DNA from: Blepharisma stoltei ATCC 30299
Lineage: Eukaryota; Protista; Ciliophora
Assembly (NCBI GenBank): GCA_965603825.1
Contig: CBFDEM010000004.1
Location: forward strand, 186,001 to 250,000
Length of the DNA: 64,000 bases
Reading direction: 5' to 3'
Shown: in pieces, positions 14,184-26,170 of the stretch
How the letters are laid out: the number at the start of each line of letters is the position of its first letter
Numbering within the stretch: the stretch's first letter is position 1
Made by a program: the position numbers and the translations under genes
Notes under the pieces: model-generated
Told to the model about the DNA's origin: nothing
What the model saw: only the letters and a program-made list of their open reading frames with translations
Databases searched by the model: none

Positions 14184-14480
14184 TTAAAATGTTACACATG
14201 AGCATTTATCGTTCTTCTCAGTGGTGTTGTTGCCTTTTTCTTGTCGAATTGTATTTCTTTTTGAACAAAATTGATTATAGGAATCTTTCGTAATTCAAAG
14301 GGACACCAAATCAGATTTTCTTGTCGGCTTTGTGCTATTTCTAGGAGTCAGATTATTTCCATCTATGGCTTGTTGGTATTCAGATTCTATTGATTCATAT
14401 GGCATATAAGCATCTATAATGGTCATATGCTCGCTGCTATTAGAGGCCTCAACAAGTGCTGCATGATTTGGGTCATCCAT
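14184..14480 (-). CDS. Small 98-aa protein ending in a CaaX-like motif (KCSCVTF*)
   Basis: ATG 14480 (MDDPNH...); reading TGA at 14295-14297 as W extends the frame to TAA at 14184-14186. Confidence 0.55.
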
Positions 14481-14866
14481 AATAAAGATTATATGGATAG
14501 AAATTAATTTCAATCAGAGAAAGACAATAATTTTTATAAAAGTAGGTATATGATTATTTCAAATAAATTTATTTAGAAAATTAATTCACCATTATTGTAA
14601 AGATGACGATATCTAATTTTGAATATCAATTTTTATAAAAGTAATGAATTTGTTTCCTAGAATTGAATAAGATTAGAAATTCCTAAATGAAAAATATTTT
14701 GGGAATTAAATATTTTTACCTTCGCTAATATTTTACTTTATAATTAAAATTAATAAACCTTCTTAAAACCCTAATAAACCCGAGTTTATAACCCTAATAT
14801 TTAGAAATTTAGCCCAATCTCAAATACCAAATACATAATTATATCAGTTTAATATTATCTTTAAAT

Positions 14867-17800
14867 ATGAGCACTCGTTTCGACACCTTGAAATCCCAGC
14901 TGGAAACTCTCTCATTTGAAAATCTCCAAACGCGTTCAATAGCCCCAAATGACTCTCTTGCCCGCAAACGTTCCTTAATTCAAAAAGACGTCGAAAGAAA
15001 ATGCAAAGAACATTCTGAATTAAAACGAACTTATACTGAGCTTACCACATCTACTTTAAAACAAGAAGAAATTCAAAGAACCCAGCTGCAAGAGCTTGAA
15101 GTTCAGCTAGACGTCATCCTCACTCAAAAGCGGCGTGAAAGGGCAAACCTACGTCGCCAATCAGAAAGAATCCAAGCACAGATTGAGACTTATAAAGATT
15201 CAGTAGGAAAAATTGATAAACAAATGCAAAGTTTAGAAGAAAAAGCTGAAAAAGTCACCAATTTGATGAAGGATGAACAGAGTGTGAGGCTTGAAGCCTT
15301 TAAATCTGCCCTAAAACCTCTTGAAGACACTCAGGTTACTATACAAGAAGAGCGAAAAAATCTTGATTTGCAACGTCAAAATTTAATGGAAAGACTTCAA
15401 GGACTTGATGGAAATTTTTCCTTGAAAAGTGATGCAATATTAGAATTGAAAAAGAAAAAACAAGAAAGCATTGCGAATAAGGAAAAAGTTAAGAAAGCAA
15501 TGGAAGAAATCAAAAAAAAGCATCATAATGATTATAAGATTTTTTTCCAAGAAATTGAAACAAAAGAGATTTTAACGACAATTAAAGATAAAAAAGCTAA
15601 GCAGACCACAACGATAAAAGAAGCTGACCAAACGATTGCAGTTCTTGATGCAGAAATTGAAAGGGCAAATAATGAACTAGTTTCGATGGAAAATGATAAT
15701 AAAAAAAATCCGCAAACTTCGAGAAGCGAAAGAGAATTAGTAGATATTGAAAAACTTTTAGCTTTGAAATGCAAAGATCTGCAAGTGAGGAATTTAAAAG
15801 AAGTTATAGCTCAAGTGTGTGAAGGGAGCAATTTTAATGTTTCTCAGAATATTCTGAAAGAGCAGTTTAAGATTGTGGAGGCGAAAGAGTTTGATATGAT
15901 GGAAGAATGAAAGTTGGAAGAAGAACAAATGGAAGCAAAAATACAAGAAATGAAAAAACTCGCTGATGAGCAAGAGGGAGAAATTTTATGCATGATTTCT
16001 GCAGACCAAAGTGATCCAGCATTAGAGAATATGCTAAGAGATATGCAAAATGCTTTAGCACAAATGAGAGAAGAGGCTGAAAAAGCTAAGCGGCGTTACA
16101 GGTGCAAAATGGCAGTACTAGGACAATGGAAAAACCAAAACCGAAGCGTATTATTATCAGATTCTCCATCAGCTCTTCCAAGTGATTCTGACATTAGCAA
16201 AGCATTCAAAAAGCAAATCCAGCAATCAGCCAAAAGTCAAGGCGAAATTACTGCAATTGAAAGCATTTTTACAAACTATATCAACAAAGTATGCCAAAGA
16301 GAAGACCTAATGGGTAGAGATAGCGAAGATATAAGTGAAAAAGAATCAAGAATTGCTGAGCAAAAAGAAAAGCTGGCTGCTCTCAAAGGTAGACGTTTGG
16401 CCCTTCAAACTGAAAAAGACACTCTCCAAAAAGAATTTCTAAAAATTTTACTTCTCGAAAAAGCAGCAATAAAAAAATTCGAAAATGCCAAAGCAGAAGT
16501 CGAAGTCCAAAGAAGAAAAAAAATAGATGAAGCCGTAAGCCAAAATTTCACCAAAAGCAATCAAGAATTAGCACAAATCCAAAAAACGTATGGAGATAAA
16601 GCTTTAAAAAAACTTCGTGATCAAGAGCTAAAATCTATGAACGAAAATCAGAAAAAATGCAATAAAGAGGTAAGAAAAAAACTTGAAGAGGTGCAGCTAG
16701 AAATGCAGCACTGGGATAATGAAATAGAAAGGGTTGAAAAAAGCATCGAAGACCATATGACTCCAGAAGTTCTATCAATAGAAGAAGAAATTTCTACATT
16801 AAAAAAGCAAATAAATTCAATTAAAGAGCAAGACCAAATTTTAGCTGAGGCTGAGCTTGATGTAGAAGCAAAATTAGAATCTTTGATGGAGTCTAAAAGA
16901 ATTGATATTACGAGGAATCTGCAAAAAATAGTGCTGCACCATGGAGGTGAAGTTGATTTAGCTAAATTGGATAAGCTCAAAAAAAATAAAGAAAAAAAAG
17001 AAGAGGCTATTGATCAGCTTGAGCATGAAATTGAAATTATTAATAAAGATTTTTCTGATAAAATCACTGTTGTTGAAATTGAAGAAGCAAAAATAAAAGC
17101 AAGAGTTAACCAAATTCAAGAAGAGCTGATAAACTTGCAGCAGGATAAGCAAAAAGTAAATGTTTTAATGAAAAAATTGAAAATTTCTCAAAAAGAAATT
17201 GAGCATTTAGGAATTCAAGAAGAGGATGTTGAGCTATTTATGGAGAGATCTGCTATGCTGAAGCCGAAACCACAAGAAGAAAGAAAAGGAATGACAAGGT
17301 CTCAAAGTTTGCCAAGAATAAGATCAGAAAGCTTAGATAAGAGTAGAGACGAAATGTTCGAAGCAGAGGAAGAAGAAAAGAAAGATGAACAGGAAAGCAA
17401 AAATATACCAGAAAACCAAGAAAGCCAAGAAAACGAAACATCTCCAGTTGAAGCGATGAATTCAATAAATGAAACTGAAATAAATCCAATCAATGAAAAT
17501 GCAAGCGAATGTTCAGAATCCAAATTTAAATTTAATTATAAAGATTTGACGAAGGCTGAAATAGCCTTCTTAGAAACTATCAAACCCTTGCTGGAAGGCA
17601 GTACACTTTATAAGCGTCTTAGCCAGAGAAATTCTTTACAATTCCCTGAATTTGATGCTTTAGACCCTGAAAACCCGCCTCCAGAAAATTGTGGATATCA
17701 AATCAGAAACTTCAGCCTCCTAAAGCATTTAAATAAAATTGAAATTAGAAGGCCAAATAAGCCAGGAATAGAAAGCAACATTTTAATAGATCAAATTTTA

Positions 17801-18133
17801 GACGTAGTTCTTCCAAAGCACACAGTAGAAATCTTAAAAGCCAAGAAAAAATTATTGACAAGTAATGATGACTTATTAGACTCAGAAGCTGCCATGAAAA
17901 AATATTTGGAAATGAAAGAATCAGGCCACATTAATTATTTTGATCCTTGTATAAAAGTACTGAGTGAGTCATGCGATTGTTTTCCTTTTTTTGTCACTTT
18001 GGATAAAGGAGGAAGAGTTGAATTGATTGCTGATAGCTACTCTACCTATAGAATTTGGGTTGATGGCATACAAGGATTAATCAAATTTAAAAAACAATTG
18101 GGAAGGCTTAAATATAAGATAATCAGCGATTAA
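14867..18133 (+). CDS. Long coiled-coil protein with C-terminal PH-like domain, 1088 aa
   Basis: Two ORFs in one frame joined by TGA at 15908-15910; E/K/Q heptads; C-terminus LLEGSTLYKR...RVELIADSYSTYRIWVDGIQGLI resembles a PH fold. Confidence 0.75.
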
Positions 18134-18885
18134 TAATAATGATTATTAGTAATATTGAGATGGCATTTTTATTTTTTCTGATTATTTAATTATTATTCAT
18201 AATTTCGATATAATTTTGGCGCAAGTTTCTTTTTTATGATTGTTGATAGCTAAACTATTGCCCTAAAACTGGTCGAATTTTCCCCAAATCAGATATATGG
18301 TCTAAATTTAAATAAATGTCTTGCTATCAGAATTGTATCTAGACATTATTTAATTCAAAATGTCAAAGCCTAAAATAAAAGCTGCCAAAAATTGGAAAGG
18401 CTAAATAATTATTTCAATTGAAGGAATTATGCATGCAAAATTAGTTATAAAAGTGTTATAATTGTCTTTTTATTTAAATTCATTTTTATCATTAATATGC
18501 TAATTATATAAGGCGAATCAAATGGCTAAGGTGACGAAGATTATTAGATTGAAAATAGTAAGGAAATCCAATTGCATTAGACCTAAGTATAATTATGTTT
18601 ATGAAAATAATTTTAAATAAGAAATAATATAATTATTAAAAAATTTCTCAAGGTTTAAGAACTTGCTTAAACTAAAATACCAATAGAAATAATAAGACCT
18701 GGAGAATCTTTAAACTGTTTTAGGGACTCAGAAAGAGCCTCAATCATTAGGCAAGATTTTGACTGGATTTATCAGAAGAAGAATGCATGGATAGAATTCA
18801 TTGAAAAAATAGTAAGATTCCTAGAAAACTGTAATAATAAATAATTTATCGCTTATGCTATTTCCCGCTATATTACATGATGTTT

Positions 18886-19599
18886 TTAGTTTTTCATAAA
18901 GCCCAATCTTCCGTCTTCCACTTCGCTTGCACTGGATTTATTCCCTACTTCATAATCATAACTATTTTGAGAATCGTATCAGATTTCAGATCTATCTTCT
19001 TCTCCCTCCAATTGATAGTCAACGTCTTCTGAGATTAAGTAATCCTGAGCCTCCTCTTCAATATAACAATCCCCAGTTATATAATTTGCACCAAATCTCC
19101 TTTCTTCTTCTCCCTCCATTTGATAGTCAACGTCTTCTGAGATTAAGTAATCCTGGGTCTCTTCTTCAATATAATAATCCCCAGTTATATAATCTGCACC
19201 AAATCTCCTTTCTTCTTCTCCCTCCAATAGATAGTCAACGTCTTCAGAGACTAAATAATCCTGGGTCTCCTCTTCAATATAATAATCCCCAGTTATATAA
19301 TCTGCACCAAATCTCCTATCTTTGTTCTTCTCTGAGTTCTCGATGCATCATTTCTTCATCTTCTTAATTTCTTGATCAATTGCTCGATGGATATAGAGCT
19401 TTAGATCTGTTTCCAATTTTTTCATTTGCTCCTCTGTCTCTCGTTTCCATGCGATATTTTTCAAAATCTTCTTCAATTCCTTTTTGGGTAAGTTATTCTT
19501 TTTTAAGCCTGAGAGTAAATATTCTTCGCCCATAGTCTGTGCAGAGTTCTCGGTCGATATGGAAATCTTCATCCTTTTACGTGGTCTTATTGCTTTCAT
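18886..19599 (-). CDS. Orphan protein, ~237 aa: basic N-terminus plus three acidic Tyr-rich 36-aa repeats
   Basis: ORFs 19348-19599 and 18979-19227 share a frame; two TGA=W; TAA at 18886-18888. Start codon uncertain. Confidence 0.65.
18994..19317. repeat. Three tandem 108-bp coding repeats
   Basis: AAATCTCC recurs at 19093, 19201 and 19309; the unit encodes RRFGADYITGDYYIEEETQDYL(V/I)SEDVDYxxEGEEE. Confidence 0.95.
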
Positions 19600-19751
19600 C
19601 TGATTCAGAGCTTTTACGACCTCCCATTTAGAATATAATATATTCCAAGAAAACTGTAATATATGAATTTTTTCAATAGATAAATACTAAAAATATTATT
19701 ATTAACGAAAGGGGAGCAAGAAATTCTATTACATTATGTCACCAAAAATTA

Positions 19752-20726
19752 CTATCGATACTTTATAGCTGGAAAAGAATTTATTTCTTTATCTGTACTA
19801 GCCATAAAGCTTGCCTGCCTGTGTCTCCAAATTTTTCTTCCTCCCATTTCAATTAACTTTTTCGTTATTGAAAACAGCTCCTCTTTTGTATTGCTTAAAT
19901 CACTTTTCAATCCTTTATCCAATTTTTTATTATACCTTCTTGTTGACATAAAGTTTGAAAATGCGCCTTCATCTGGAGCAATCCTCAAAATATCAGACAA
20001 ATCATTAACATAATGCAAAAACCCACTGATTTCTGCATTTCTTTCTTTTTCCTCATGAATAACTTCTTTTATCTTCGGCTTTATTATAGGTTCAAAAATA
20101 TTACAAGTGTCCACCAGTGCTTCTAAAGATTTTATTCTGTCATGTTTAATAATTCTTTTATTTTGCTTTTCTTTGTTTTTGATCGGAACAAGCTTTATTG
20201 GTGGAGGTAACGATTCAGGGTCTTCAAAAGAGGAAAATCGTCTTTTTGGGGTACCAGGCAATAAAAATTCTGATCTTGCTGGACTTGCATTTGAAGGTGT
20301 ATAAGGAGTTATTTTTACCGGAGTAATTATTGGGAGATTTACTTGGATATCTTCAATAGAAGGTTCTTTTATTTTATAAAAAAAGTTATCTTCCATATCT
20401 GAAGCTCTTACAGTTACTGGTGACTCTGAGGAGTAAAAATTTCTATGTGTTTTAGTAGTAGGCGAACTGCTAATAGATAGCTTTTTCAGCTCTTTAGAAA
20501 TCGAATTATTAAAGTTAAGTTCTCTTCTTCTCGAAACCTCAATCATTCTATCAATATCATGCCCATCAGTTTTACTATTCATCGAGCAATTAACAGGCGA
20601 AAACTTCCTATTAAAGCTCTTCGCAATTTTTACAGCGTTTTGATGCGAAATAAAGCTTATTCTCCTAGGTTTTAAAATCAGTCCTTGGATTTTCTTTTCA
20701 GATATCTTTTCTTTCTTTTTATTCAT
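19752..20726 (-). CDS. Hypothetical basic, Ser/Pro-rich protein, 324 aa
   Basis: Uninterrupted ATG-TAG ORF with AT-rich flanks. Confidence 0.75.
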   Translation of the reverse strand: MNKKKEKISEKKIQGLILKPRRISFISHQNAVKIAKSFNRKFSPVNCSMNSKTDGHDIDRMIEVSRRRELNFNNSISKELKKLSISSSPTTKTHRNFYSSESPVTVRASDMEDNFFYKIKEPSIEDIQVNLPIITPVKITPYTPSNASPARSEFLLPGTPKRRFSSFEDPESLPPPIKLVPIKNKEKQNKRIIKHDRIKSLEALVDTCNIFEPIIKPKIKEVIHEEKERNAEISGFLHYVNDLSDILRIAPDEGAFSNFMSTRRYNKKLDKGLKSDLSNTKEELFSITKKLIEMGGRKIWRHRQASFMASTDKEINSFPAIKYR

Positions 20727-20748
20727 AATTATGGTTTATCTAATTTTA

Positions 20749-21697
20749 TTAGCAGCTTTTTATAAAACTTTGATATTCTTCTAAAATCCTATTCAGCTGC
20801 TTTTTTATCTTTGCAATTGAATGGATTTCTAGCTTCACTTTTTTCCCTTGAAGAGCTTCTCTAATTCTTTCTCTAATCAACTCTATTTCAGGTCCTGATG
20901 GACTATCTCTTGCGACATCAATAAAATCCATCTCAAACTCATTAACGTTGCCTTCAACCCAGTGAGCTGACACACCTTTTTTTCCTTTTTAAACCCATAC
21001 CTGTTGAATTTGTATGGTCTTTCTCAGAACTGTGGTGAAAGTCTTGCATTGAGATCTCCATGACTTTTTTAAGCTCTTCGTCCTCAGCTTCCATGAGGCA
21101 AACTTCGTCGTTTTTTTCTATACAGATTTTAGTACCTTTCTTGATGTTAACTTCTCTTATGCTGAAATCTTCATAGCCTTCAAGTGAACGGATGGATCCA
21201 TTGCTTTCATAAACTTTTAGATGGAATTTTCCTGTGATTGAATGTTTTTTCTGTAAATGTGATTTTAGATCTTGGATTGTGAGGGATAATGACAGATAAA
21301 AGGGAGAAAATAAAGCAGATTCAACTGATATGTAGTCATATAGAGGACAGATATAGATTTTAATAGGGTGCAGATCTGGTCTGCCTTCAATAATAAAAAT
21401 TTCGATTTCTGGACCTCCAAGATACCAGGAATAAAGAGAAGTCCATGCTTCTTTTTTGAGGAAAATAACAGCACTACTGTTTAGATCGGATTTTAGATCA
21501 GAATTTTCTAATAAGATCTCATTATTGATAGGGCCAGGATCTAGCCCTTTGGGATCTTGGAAAAAGCCAACATAGTTACACCATGAAACCCATCATTGTT
21601 TTGGTGCCAAAAATACAGTTTTTTCTCTTTGGAAAAGATCGGCTGTACTAATAGGCTGAATGCTTGAAATCACTTGTTTTTGGGAATTCGGGTCCAT
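20749..21697 (-). CDS. DUSP + ubiquitin-like + UIM protein with no USP catalytic domain, 310 aa; intron 20985-21000
   Basis: KQWWVSWCNYVG...PGPINNEIL...EAWTSLYSWYLGGPEI (DUSP); LSLTIQDLK...IKKGTKICIE (UBL-like); EDEELKKVMEISMQD (UIM-like); the 16-nt intron restores the frame. Confidence 0.75.
20985..21000 (-). other. 16-nt intron
   Basis: gtatgggtttaaaaag; restores frame. Confidence 0.75.
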
Positions 21698-21883
21698 TTT
21701 GATTTTTGTAATATATGCAAATTAGAGGAAAAAATTGGGTTATATTCTTTATGAATTTTATTATTTTAAATTTTCATTTATTTTCAGTATGATGCTGAAT
21801 AATGATTCGTAATCTATACTTTTATCCTGCAAAACAAAAAATTGTAAAATGTTCAATCTTTTAAGTGTTTAAAAAAACTTATT

Positions 21884-22894
21884 TTAAGAAGCCTTAGCTT
21901 TAAATATTCTTGCATCCGGAGAATAAAAAATCGAAGAATAGGAGCTTTTGCTGTCTCTCATTTGTTTTCTTTTGAATTTAGCATCTTCAATTGTTTTCTT
22001 TATTTTAGCTTCATAGCTTTTTTGGTATCTTTCATCTAGTTCTTTTTTGATTTGGAAAGCTCGGGACTTTACTACGTCATACCGCTTCAGACTCTTTGAA
22101 GGAATTAGAGATGTGGATGCATGACTTGTTAATTCTTTTTCTTCTATTTCTTCTAAATTTTTATTTGGTATTGGGTCATTGCTATTTATTAGCTTCTCAT
22201 TTTTGTCTATTAATATCTCTTTTTCGTTCTCCGTACTTTCATCTCTTGAATCAGTTGGTTTCGGAATTACCCCTTTTATTGCTACTTTATTAATATTTTC
22301 TTTGATTTTTTGTGCTTTTAAATCCAAGTCTCAATAGCTTTTTAAGATTTCTTTTTCTTTATTTCGTTTTTCAATGATTCTATCATTTTCCTGATCTAAT
22401 AGTTTTTTTGCATTTCTATTAAGAGTTTGGAATTCTCTTTTATCATTTTCTATTCTTTGATTTTCTTCTTTTCTTCTTGATTCCATTTGCTCTACTAGCT
22501 TGGCTTCCACTTTTTTCATGACTTCTAGTTCCTTTTGCCTCTTAACTTGTTTAGGGGTTTCAGGTAAATGGGGATATCCATGCATATCAGGGGAAATCCC
22601 AGGCTTTAATTTCTCTTCTTTTTCTGACTGCTTTCGTTTCTCAAACTCCTCCATTTGCTGCTTAAGATATTCAGCATTTAAAATATTTAGTCTTTTCCTA
22701 TGATATAGCCTTTCTTGTTCTTTTTTTGCTTCATTTTCACGTCATTGTTGAAGACTTTTTTCTTCTTTAAGAGTAGACTCGTATTTTTTCTCAAGGTTAT
22801 CAAGCTCTAATACTAATGTGCTTCCTGGCAAGGTTGCGTATGATGAACTTAGCATTTTTCCTTTAGCGCTTGAAATGTTTAAAGGGCTCATCAT
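21884..22894 (-). CDS. Hypothetical charged coiled-coil protein, 336 aa
   Basis: ATG 22894; two TGA=W join ORFs 22331-22654 and 21884-22327 in one frame. Confidence 0.7.
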
Positions 22895-23452
22895 TTTTTA
22901 CCAAAATTTAATTGGATAGTACCAGATCTATTAAAAATAACTGGTATTATGAATTATCATTTATTAATTTATCAAGAGCTTATATATATTATATTGATAA
23001 TAAAATTAAAGCGTAGAAGTATTTTATATCTGAAAATAAGGAAATCTTAATTCTTCAAGAGAAACTCCTTGAATGCAATTTCAAAATTATTTATATAAGA
23101 AATAAGCAAAATTTGAGATGTAATACCAATTCTAAATATAAGAATTCTCTTATAGATTAAAGTAAATAATTTATTATTCGCTTCAATTGACCCTATTTAT
23201 TATTTATAGAATCATCTTAAGTATAAAAGTCTTCTCATAAATCATTTAAAAACTATAGCAAGCTGGATAATTATTGCCCTCATCCTCTTCCCTAAAAATA
23301 TTTTTTCGTAATTTTTTAGGAATGTTTATTCATAAACGCTACTTAAAATAATATTAAATCTCCGCTACGAATCTATCAAGTATATTTCCATATTTTCCAC
23401 TTTTTTGTACTTACAATCGATATAGAAATCTATTTTAATAATTGTAGGAATT

Positions 23453-24394
23453 ATGAGTTCCAACATAAAAGAAATTCTTACAAGAATAACTGGAAAGACT
23501 TATGGTGAAGAAGATATTTATGATCAAAATGAGTCAACAGATATTCCTTCCTTTTACAGCGATAACACCAGCAGCATAAATTTTTCATCGCAAAGTATAT
23601 GAAGTGCAAGGGAAGCTAATCCTTCACATATGAGCGAAGAAAACAAAATCATTAAAAACAATAAAAAGAAGGATTTAATCATCCTTTCACTATTTAGAGC
23701 TCCTAAAACAACTTCAAAAAAACAAATCTTTCAACTAGAAACAAGATGGTGATATAATTCGTTCAAGTACCCAAAAAAAGAATATCTCCGATGTAAGTTA
23801 ATAAGACTCCATAAAAAAGTAAATAGGCAAATTCAACAGGGTAAAAATCCTTTCGAGTTTGTGTCTAATGATGAGTCATTAGAAATATGAAAGAAATTAA
23901 AAGAAATATATGAAAGCTCTCGAAACCTATTTTGTAATTTGTCAGCGACAAATAATGAGCCGCAATATCATGGGAAGCATAAAAGCTTCAACAACGAATT
24001 TTGTGCAGGCTATTTCAAAGAGCAAGTGACTAGAGAATCGTTTTATTATTTCACTGAGCTACTTTTCTGCAAATTTGAGCCAACAGTTTTAATTAAAAGT
24101 TTTCAATTATGGTGCTGTCCTAACGAAAATGAGCACAATTTATTATGCTCCGAAAAGTGGTATTTATTGAAAAAGTGAATAAACAATTTAATGATTGCAG
24201 ATCTTGGTGTTGAACCTTGATTTCCTAAAGGAAATAATGAAAACCAAATCACTGACGAAGAATTGAAGGAAATAATGAAGATAAATAAAAAATCTGAAGT
24301 GGATAAGCATAAAAGTGAGCTGCAGTTCAGAGATGAAATATTGTCTTTTGGTGAAGTAGACGAATTCCTAAGTAATTGCTATGAAATAAATTAA
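23453..24394 (+). CDS. Uncharacterised CC-x5-H-x3-C family protein, paralog 1, 313 aa
   Basis: Open with five TGA=W; collinear with 25005-26021 (PKKEYLRCKLIR, KSFN..FC..YF, WCCP...H...C..KW). Confidence 0.75.
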
Positions 24395-25004
24395 TTGGAT
24401 TTTATAGATAAATTTTCTTTTCGGCTTATATTTATATCCTTTCTTATTAATGTAGGCCTGCTATTGGATAACTCTGGAATTGAAAATATCTGCTAACTCA
24501 CCCAAAGTTTGCAAATATATCCTGATAAGCCAGATTGAACATTTAGCAGGCATTGCATCTGAGTAGGATTATAACCCTCTTAGTAGTTCAGCCATTATGC
24601 TAGTGAATACAATAAGAGAATCATAAAGGAACTCTGATTCCAAGAACATTCGAATAAAGTGGATAGGTATATAAAACAATTGAATAAAGCTATATGAGCT
24701 ATATTAGAAATTGACAAAAAAATTTACTATTTAAGCATCTTATTTAGAAAAAAAATCATAAAAAATGTCCGTAGGTTTATAAATTGGTTGGAACTAAGCA
24801 ATTAACCTAAAATATTTTCCCATGCACAATCAATTGAGGAAATGCTACTGGATACTTTCCAACTGTTTCATATATTAATAAAATAGCTAATAATGATTAA
24901 AAATAATTATATTAATGATATTTGAAAATTTTTATATTTCCTTTTAATTGTGCTTATAATCAATGTAGAAATCAATGCTTCTATATTAAAAATTTGTAGG
25001 AATT

Positions 25005-26021
25005 ATGAGTTGTCAACAATTTTCCAATATCAATGAAATTCTTGCACGCATGACTGGAGAGCTCATCGAGGAATGTATTTATGACCAAAATGAATCAATA
25101 GATGTTCCCTCCAGCTATAGTGCACATACTAGCAGTCTAGGGTTTTCCTCATCAAGCATAGGGTTCATGAGAGAAGCCGATCCTTCACAAATGAATGTAG
25201 ACAGTGAAACTTTGCCAAATTATAAAAAGAAAGACGTAGGCATCCTTTCACTATTCAGAACCCCTACAAAACCTTCAAAACGGCAAGCCTCTCAAGGGAT
25301 AAAAAGAGGGAATAATTCCTTTAAGCATCCTAAAAAGGAATATATCCGATGTAAACTGATAAGAGGACACAAAAGAGCAAACAGACAAATCCAAGAAAAC
25401 GTGCTGCCAAATAAGACTATTCACAGATTTAACCCTAATGACACTGAATCAGCAAGCATTTGGGAGACATTAAAAGAAGTATATGCGAGAAATCAAGAAG
25501 TCTTACGCGATCTGTCGTTAACAGAAAATGGTCCCCAAACTGACGGAAAATCTAAACGACTGCCTTCAAATGATCCGAAGAGCTTCAACACAACATTTTG
25601 TGCAAATTATTTTAAAGAGCAAGCGACGCGGGAGTCATTTTTTTATTACACTGAGCTGCTTTTCTGCAACTTTGAGCCAAAGATTTTAATAGAAAAGTTT
25701 GAAATATGGTGCTGTCCTGAAGGGAGTAAGCACGATTTTATGTGTGACAGAAAATGGTCTTTATTGAAAAGATATATAAATGACTTAATGATTGAAGATC
25801 TCAAAGCTGATCCTTGGTTTCCTACAAACTATAATCGTGAAAAAATCACTGACGAAGAATTGACTGAAATTTTGAAAATGGATAAAAATAGAGATGGAGA
25901 TAGATATATAAGTGATCAGCCTATGATAATTGATCCACCTATCATTATGGATAAGGCTGACTATGATTACCAGCTGAATGATATGAATGAAGAGGATTGT
26001 GATTTTTTTCTGCAGCTATAA
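25005..26021 (+). CDS. Uncharacterised CC-x5-H-x3-C family protein, paralog 2, 338 aa
   Basis: Intact ORF; tandem paralog of 23453-24394. Confidence 0.85.
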   Translation: MSCQQFSNINEILARMTGELIEECIYDQNESIDVPSSYSAHTSSLGFSSSSIGFMREADPSQMNVDSETLPNYKKKDVGILSLFRTPTKPSKRQASQGIKRGNNSFKHPKKEYIRCKLIRGHKRANRQIQENVLPNKTIHRFNPNDTESASIWETLKEVYARNQEVLRDLSLTENGPQTDGKSKRLPSNDPKSFNTTFCANYFKEQATRESFFYYTELLFCNFEPKILIEKFEIWCCPEGSKHDFMCDRKWSLLKRYINDLMIEDLKADPWFPTNYNREKITDEELTEILKMDKNRDGDRYISDQPMIIDPPIIMDKADYDYQLNDMNEEDCDFFLQL

Positions 26022-26170
26022 AATAAATTATAATTAGCTGTTATAGATAATTTAATTATTTTATTATTAAGTAATATCCTTTTTAGTTATTATATAAAAT
26101 ATATCCCCAGAAACCGGAGGGTTAACCCAGTTGAAGCTCATAATAATTGTGTTTTCTTTAATAATAAATT

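Noticed and set aside
18927-19367. + strand repeat ORF (LLPPIDSQRLLRL...) or a CRISPR-like array
   Set aside because: Contiguous 108-bp units with no spacers; the minus frame gives a complete ATG-to-TAA gene, whereas the + ORF starts at a non-ATG codon.
26119-26128. GGGTTAACCC palindrome upstream of ARP5
   Set aside because: A single 10-bp occurrence; not enough to call a regulatory site.
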